Shown piece by piece: positions 57,601 to 59,930 of a stretch of 59,930 bases of DNA; the first letter of the stretch is position 1; each line of letters starts with the position of its first letter. The position numbers and the translations under genes are program-made. This DNA comes from a virus (Duplodnaviria > Caudoviricetes): positions 1-59,930 of IMG/VR virus record IMGVR_UViG_3300035195_000113; one strand, given 5' to 3'. The notes beneath the pieces were generated by a model, which saw nothing but the letters and a program-made list of their open reading frames with translations, did no database searches and was not told the origin of the DNA.

Positions 57601-59930
57601 AAAAATAGCTAGAGAGAAAACAGGACCTGGTAACGCTATATTTGAAATAAAACCTACATCTAAAGGCGAGTTTGGTGCTTATTTTACTATAGGTGGTTAC
57701 ACAACATTAAGAGCTAGACAAAGGTCTTTAGCTAATGAAATTAGTGCTGAGATCATAAAAGATCAAGCTACTATTTTAAAACAAGATATTGATTTTGTTA
57801 GAGAATTAGCGGAGGTTGCTGACCTTAGTGGTGTACAAGTGACAGAGTTAGTGTTACAAACAGAGCTAGAGTCTTTAGCTAATCAGTTTGATAGAAAGAA
57901 AACAGAAGCTACTAAGTTTGATAGAATACAGTTTTCTAAAAACTTTAATAACGATCAAGTAAGTGAGTTAAACAAGAAAGGCAAAAAAATAATAGAACTA
58001 AGCAAAGTGTACACCACTGCTTCGTCTTTAGCAAACAAGCTAATTGAGATACTTGATCCTAAAGTTTTTACAGTTAAAGAGCTAAAAGACTGGAAAAATG
58101 AAATACAATCTAGTGTTAACGCTATATTAAGCCCTAAAAACACTTTACAGGATAATAAGCTAGGTGAGTATGTTGAGCAAAGAGTTGGGAACAAAAGCGA
58201 TCTACCTTTAATAAGAATGCTTGGTTTAAAGTCTTACGACGTGGTTATTAATGGTGTAAAAAAGAAATTTGCTAGTTTTGCTGAAGTTTTTAGAGACAAA
58301 AAATACATAGAGAGACAAAGAAAGCTTCATTTAGACTTTTTTGAACAAAAAGTAAAAACATTAGATGATTTAGTCTCGGTTTTAAAATGGTTTCCAGGCC
58401 ACACAATATCAGCTGGGGCAAGGTATTTCATGAAGTCAAGGAACCAGTCGTTTGCTGGTATGAAAGATTTAGTAGCGGAGCTTAATAAAATACTAGAACC
58501 TTTAGGTTGGGAGATAAAAACAAAGCTAACGATAGATGGTAAAACGCAGTTAGACAAAGTAATCAGCACAAAAACTGGAGAGGTTTTAATAGACAACAAA
58601 GACAAGGTAGTTGGTAAAAAGAAAATAAAATCACTTAGAAATCGCTTAACATCGTCGTCTCAAGATACTAATAAAACTGTTTTGCAGTACATAAAAGAGC
58701 TTCCTCAAAGAATAAAAGATGCGAATGAAGCTTGGAACACTATGATAGATTTTTTAACTTTTGTTAACAAAAACGGTGATAACTTAGATTTTGGAATGAC
58801 TATGATGAGTTTAAAATCTAACATGAGTAGTATGTTGAAAGCTGCTGCTCCTTTAACTTATTATTTTGAAGGGTCATATGTTGGTAAGTTAGTGTATGAG
58901 CATTTAATACCTACAGAGTACGTAGCTCAATCTTTAACTAAGCATTTTAAGATCAAAAAAATAAATTTAAATTCTTTACAAGATCAATACAAGGTCGCTA
59001 TAGTTCCTAAAACAATGGACGACAATATAAATGGGTCTGCTAGACAAGAAAATATGCCTACTTACTGGCAAATTGGCATGGAAGCTTTATTAAGATATTT
59101 TGATGATTTTACTTTTGGTTTTAAAAATATGTATGCTTTAAAAAACCTCCAAACAGGTGATATAGTAGGTAAAAAACATGCGAACGTTCAATTTTCTAAA
59201 ACAGCTAAAATAAAAGCAGAAAACTTTAATAAAGCTATGATGAACGCTAGAAATCCTAATGCACCTGAAAAAGGTATTAGTGTTTTTGATTTTGATGATA
59301 CAATAGCTCAATCTAATAGTAAAGTACTATACGAATTACCTGATGGTAAAAAAGGCAGTATAAATGCCACGGAGTTTGCTTTACAATCTGCTGACTTAGA
59401 ATCTGCTGGCGCAGTGTTTAACTTTGAAGAGTTTAGTAAAGTTATAGAGGGTAAAAAAGGCCCATTATTTGACCTAGCAATGAAGCGTCAAGATAAGTTT
59501 ACTAGTAAAGATATATTTATATTAACAGCTAGACCACAAGAGGCAGCATTTGCTATACACGCATTTTTAAAAGGTATGGGTTTAACTATACCTTTAGATA
59601 ACATAACTGGTTTAGCTGATGGTAAGCCTTCTGCTAAAGCTGATTGGATAATAAGCAAGGCAGCTGAAGGTTACAATAACTTTTACTTTGCGGATGATGC
59701 TTATAAGAATGTTAAAGCTGTACAAAAAGTATTAGACATAATAGACGTTAAAAGAGATGTTCAATTAGCTAAGATACAATTTAGCAAGGATATGGGTGAG
59801 TCTTTTAACGATATATTAGAACAAACAAAAGGTGTTGCTTCTGAAAAAAGATTTTCTAAAGCAGCTGCAAAATCAAGAGGTAGAGATATAGGTAAGTGGA
59901 AGTTTTTCTTACCACCTTCTGCGGAAGACT
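54680..59930 (+). CDS. Giant multi-domain virion protein, about 1750 aa or more (runs off window end; not in ORF track)
   Basis: ATG 54680 MEELELIVQRMMDAGESEENI; same-frame motifs HEVLH (56369), EHLIP (58898), DFDDT (59288), LTARP (59522), FADD (59687). Absence from the ORF track is consistent with no stop before the window end. Confidence 0.9.
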   Translation, partial: MEELELIVQRMMDAGESEENIKAVVQEFSAGKQTDPVNVEANAGSEKDMASRSEDGLSAWQSVKNSFSNMFEQVGDLGEFWLDPGGEGEGARSSLDVATNAVYAGIFGQDALDNYVKEKGEDSWMAQGLGSDKTLESIKKHEKEKQESKQTLGIIESAKEGDIGGLLAGGVNAITSMIGSVAYGVGTLGTGFFMDYVAENYIEFNKLKAENLGISLDELINSGKADHATPIGMGAISTGLELVGLGTVLKAGKGAIKGSSSTGLIGSANKYIAEKLIYSSSARKAVSILGAGSTEFTTEILQHASDEINREFGSVAGTDKEAEIAKTFVDAITSEEGLEAGIQGFLGGGGMVGGSYSAKAMSTIRSTVDGNKIDKDITELSNLRNQHKNATDKDVKEGIQIEIDKKESEISDSIRKGNEIYNSLNSDQISEIESLTDLADVAAFKITDLNKKLRRGDITQSQYDSASIGFKNQYKKARQSLIDMNLEKNIEFAKKEAESRGLKFRVYETTKALQKAMNRFKTSKENKQEFKDNKGNIHGFSIGNEIFINKEVAREQGAINVGAHEVLHPIFNKLIGDVKNQGKYVKQFRKSMTSAQRSFVDNQMKERGYTSKDQYNTEYINVFSDALRNKQINYDKNTFEKIGDAVLSIIKPKGYENASFANGKEVYNFIKEYDKSIQQGKLTKSAKKALGDVDLSDASLEGSMQQSQEAVQEVNDIYNNTTDKQIAGFDIADKYRGMAESVFNSLKEGSNYTQNQKEVFNGKKEDMLAMMLYDKIPSQKEDSKARNVVGLVQDFESKKQKYNNVAAYVNTFFKERSKEVFKYFSKDAVNEGLTKEDGTLKTAVSSKTNETSNIDQGKKARKLSSFDKLMKGDKSFVDPKIKSNIITKLTKNLKRIAFKGRFNAENITNEIKSLIKQEIENTVVKRMGKISKTKTGVIVSEEYKSFHSENFNSIIKALPISVIKKKYLKLFNSKKIAREKTGPGNAIFEIKPTSKGEFGAYFTIGGYTTLRARQRSLANEISAEIIKDQATILKQDIDFVRELAEVADLSGVQVTELVLQTELESLANQFDRKKTEATKFDRIQFSKNFNNDQVSELNKKGKKIIELSKVYTTASSLANKLIEILDPKVFTVKELKDWKNEIQSSVNAILSPKNTLQDNKLGEYVEQRVGNKSDLPLIRMLGLKSYDVVINGVKKKFASFAEVFRDKKYIERQRKLHLDFFEQKVKTLDDLVSVLKWFPGHTISAGARYFMKSRNQSFAGMKDLVAELNKILEPLGWEIKTKLTIDGKTQLDKVISTKTGEVLIDNKDKVVGKKKIKSLRNRLTSSSQDTNKTVLQYIKELPQRIKDANEAWNTMIDFLTFVNKNGDNLDFGMTMMSLKSNMSSMLKAAAPLTYYFEGSYVGKLVYEHLIPTEYVAQSLTKHFKIKKINLNSLQDQYKVAIVPKTMDDNINGSARQENMPTYWQIGMEALLRYFDDFTFGFKNMYALKNLQTGDIVGKKHANVQFSKTAKIKAENFNKAMMNARNPNAPEKGISVFDFDDTIAQSNSKVLYELPDGKKGSINATEFALQSADLESAGAVFNFEEFSKVIEGKKGPLFDLAMKRQDKFTSKDIFILTARPQEAAFAIHAFLKGMGLTIPLDNITGLADGKPSAKADWIISKAAEGYNNFYFADDAYKNVKAVQKVLDIIDVKRDVQLAKIQFSKDMGESFNDILEQTKGVASEKRFSKAAAKSRGRDIGKWKFFLPPSAED

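Noticed and set aside
14789-58605. Numerous minus-strand ORFs in the right arm (e.g. 14789-15493, 18605-19012, 39791-40213, 57100-57540)
   Set aside because: Antisense shadows of well-supported plus-strand genes
54680-59930. crAss-like virion RNA polymerase
   Set aside because: No DxDxD catalytic motif in an RNAP context was recognised; DFDDT fits HAD motif I together with motifs II-IV. The part beyond the window cannot be judged
1-59930. Stop-codon reassignment
   Set aside because: Genes are full length and tightly packed under the standard code; no suppressor tRNA seen

Overview
Most of an AT-rich tailed dsDNA phage genome with two divergent arms. The probable host is Bacteroidota/Flavobacteriia and the morphotype is probably podovirus-like; both are inferred from SD-less AT-rich leaders and gene content. 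Left arm (minus strand, 1-13119): an early micro-ORF region preceded six times by a conserved 35-bp promoter-like motif, a cluster of tRNA-like RNAs, DNA ligase, pyrimidine-dimer glycosylase, sigma factor, ERF/RecE-like recombination genes, SSB, primase-helicase, a T4 gp42-like dCMP hydroxymethylase and a GIY-YIG-like/MazG fusion. Central switch region (13200-13600): TGTCA repeats, a G-rich tract and one copy of a 47-bp element that recurs inverted at 6545. Right arm (plus strand): GroEL/GroES, holin, modular tail fibres and LamG/vWA proteins, terminase, portal, scaffold, capsid, tail proteins, ejection proteins and a giant (about 1750 aa or more) multi-domain protein missed by the ORF track. 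Most novel candidates: (1) a 107-nt miniature tmRNA-like RNA with a G3:U70 acceptor and a 4-codon internal frame, among other acceptor/T-arm tRNA mimics; (2) a quasi-palindromic DNA repeat marking tail-fibre module boundaries; (3) a putative injected polyprotein with zincin and HAD domains separated by QFSK motifs. All calls come from reading motifs by eye; no database searches were run.
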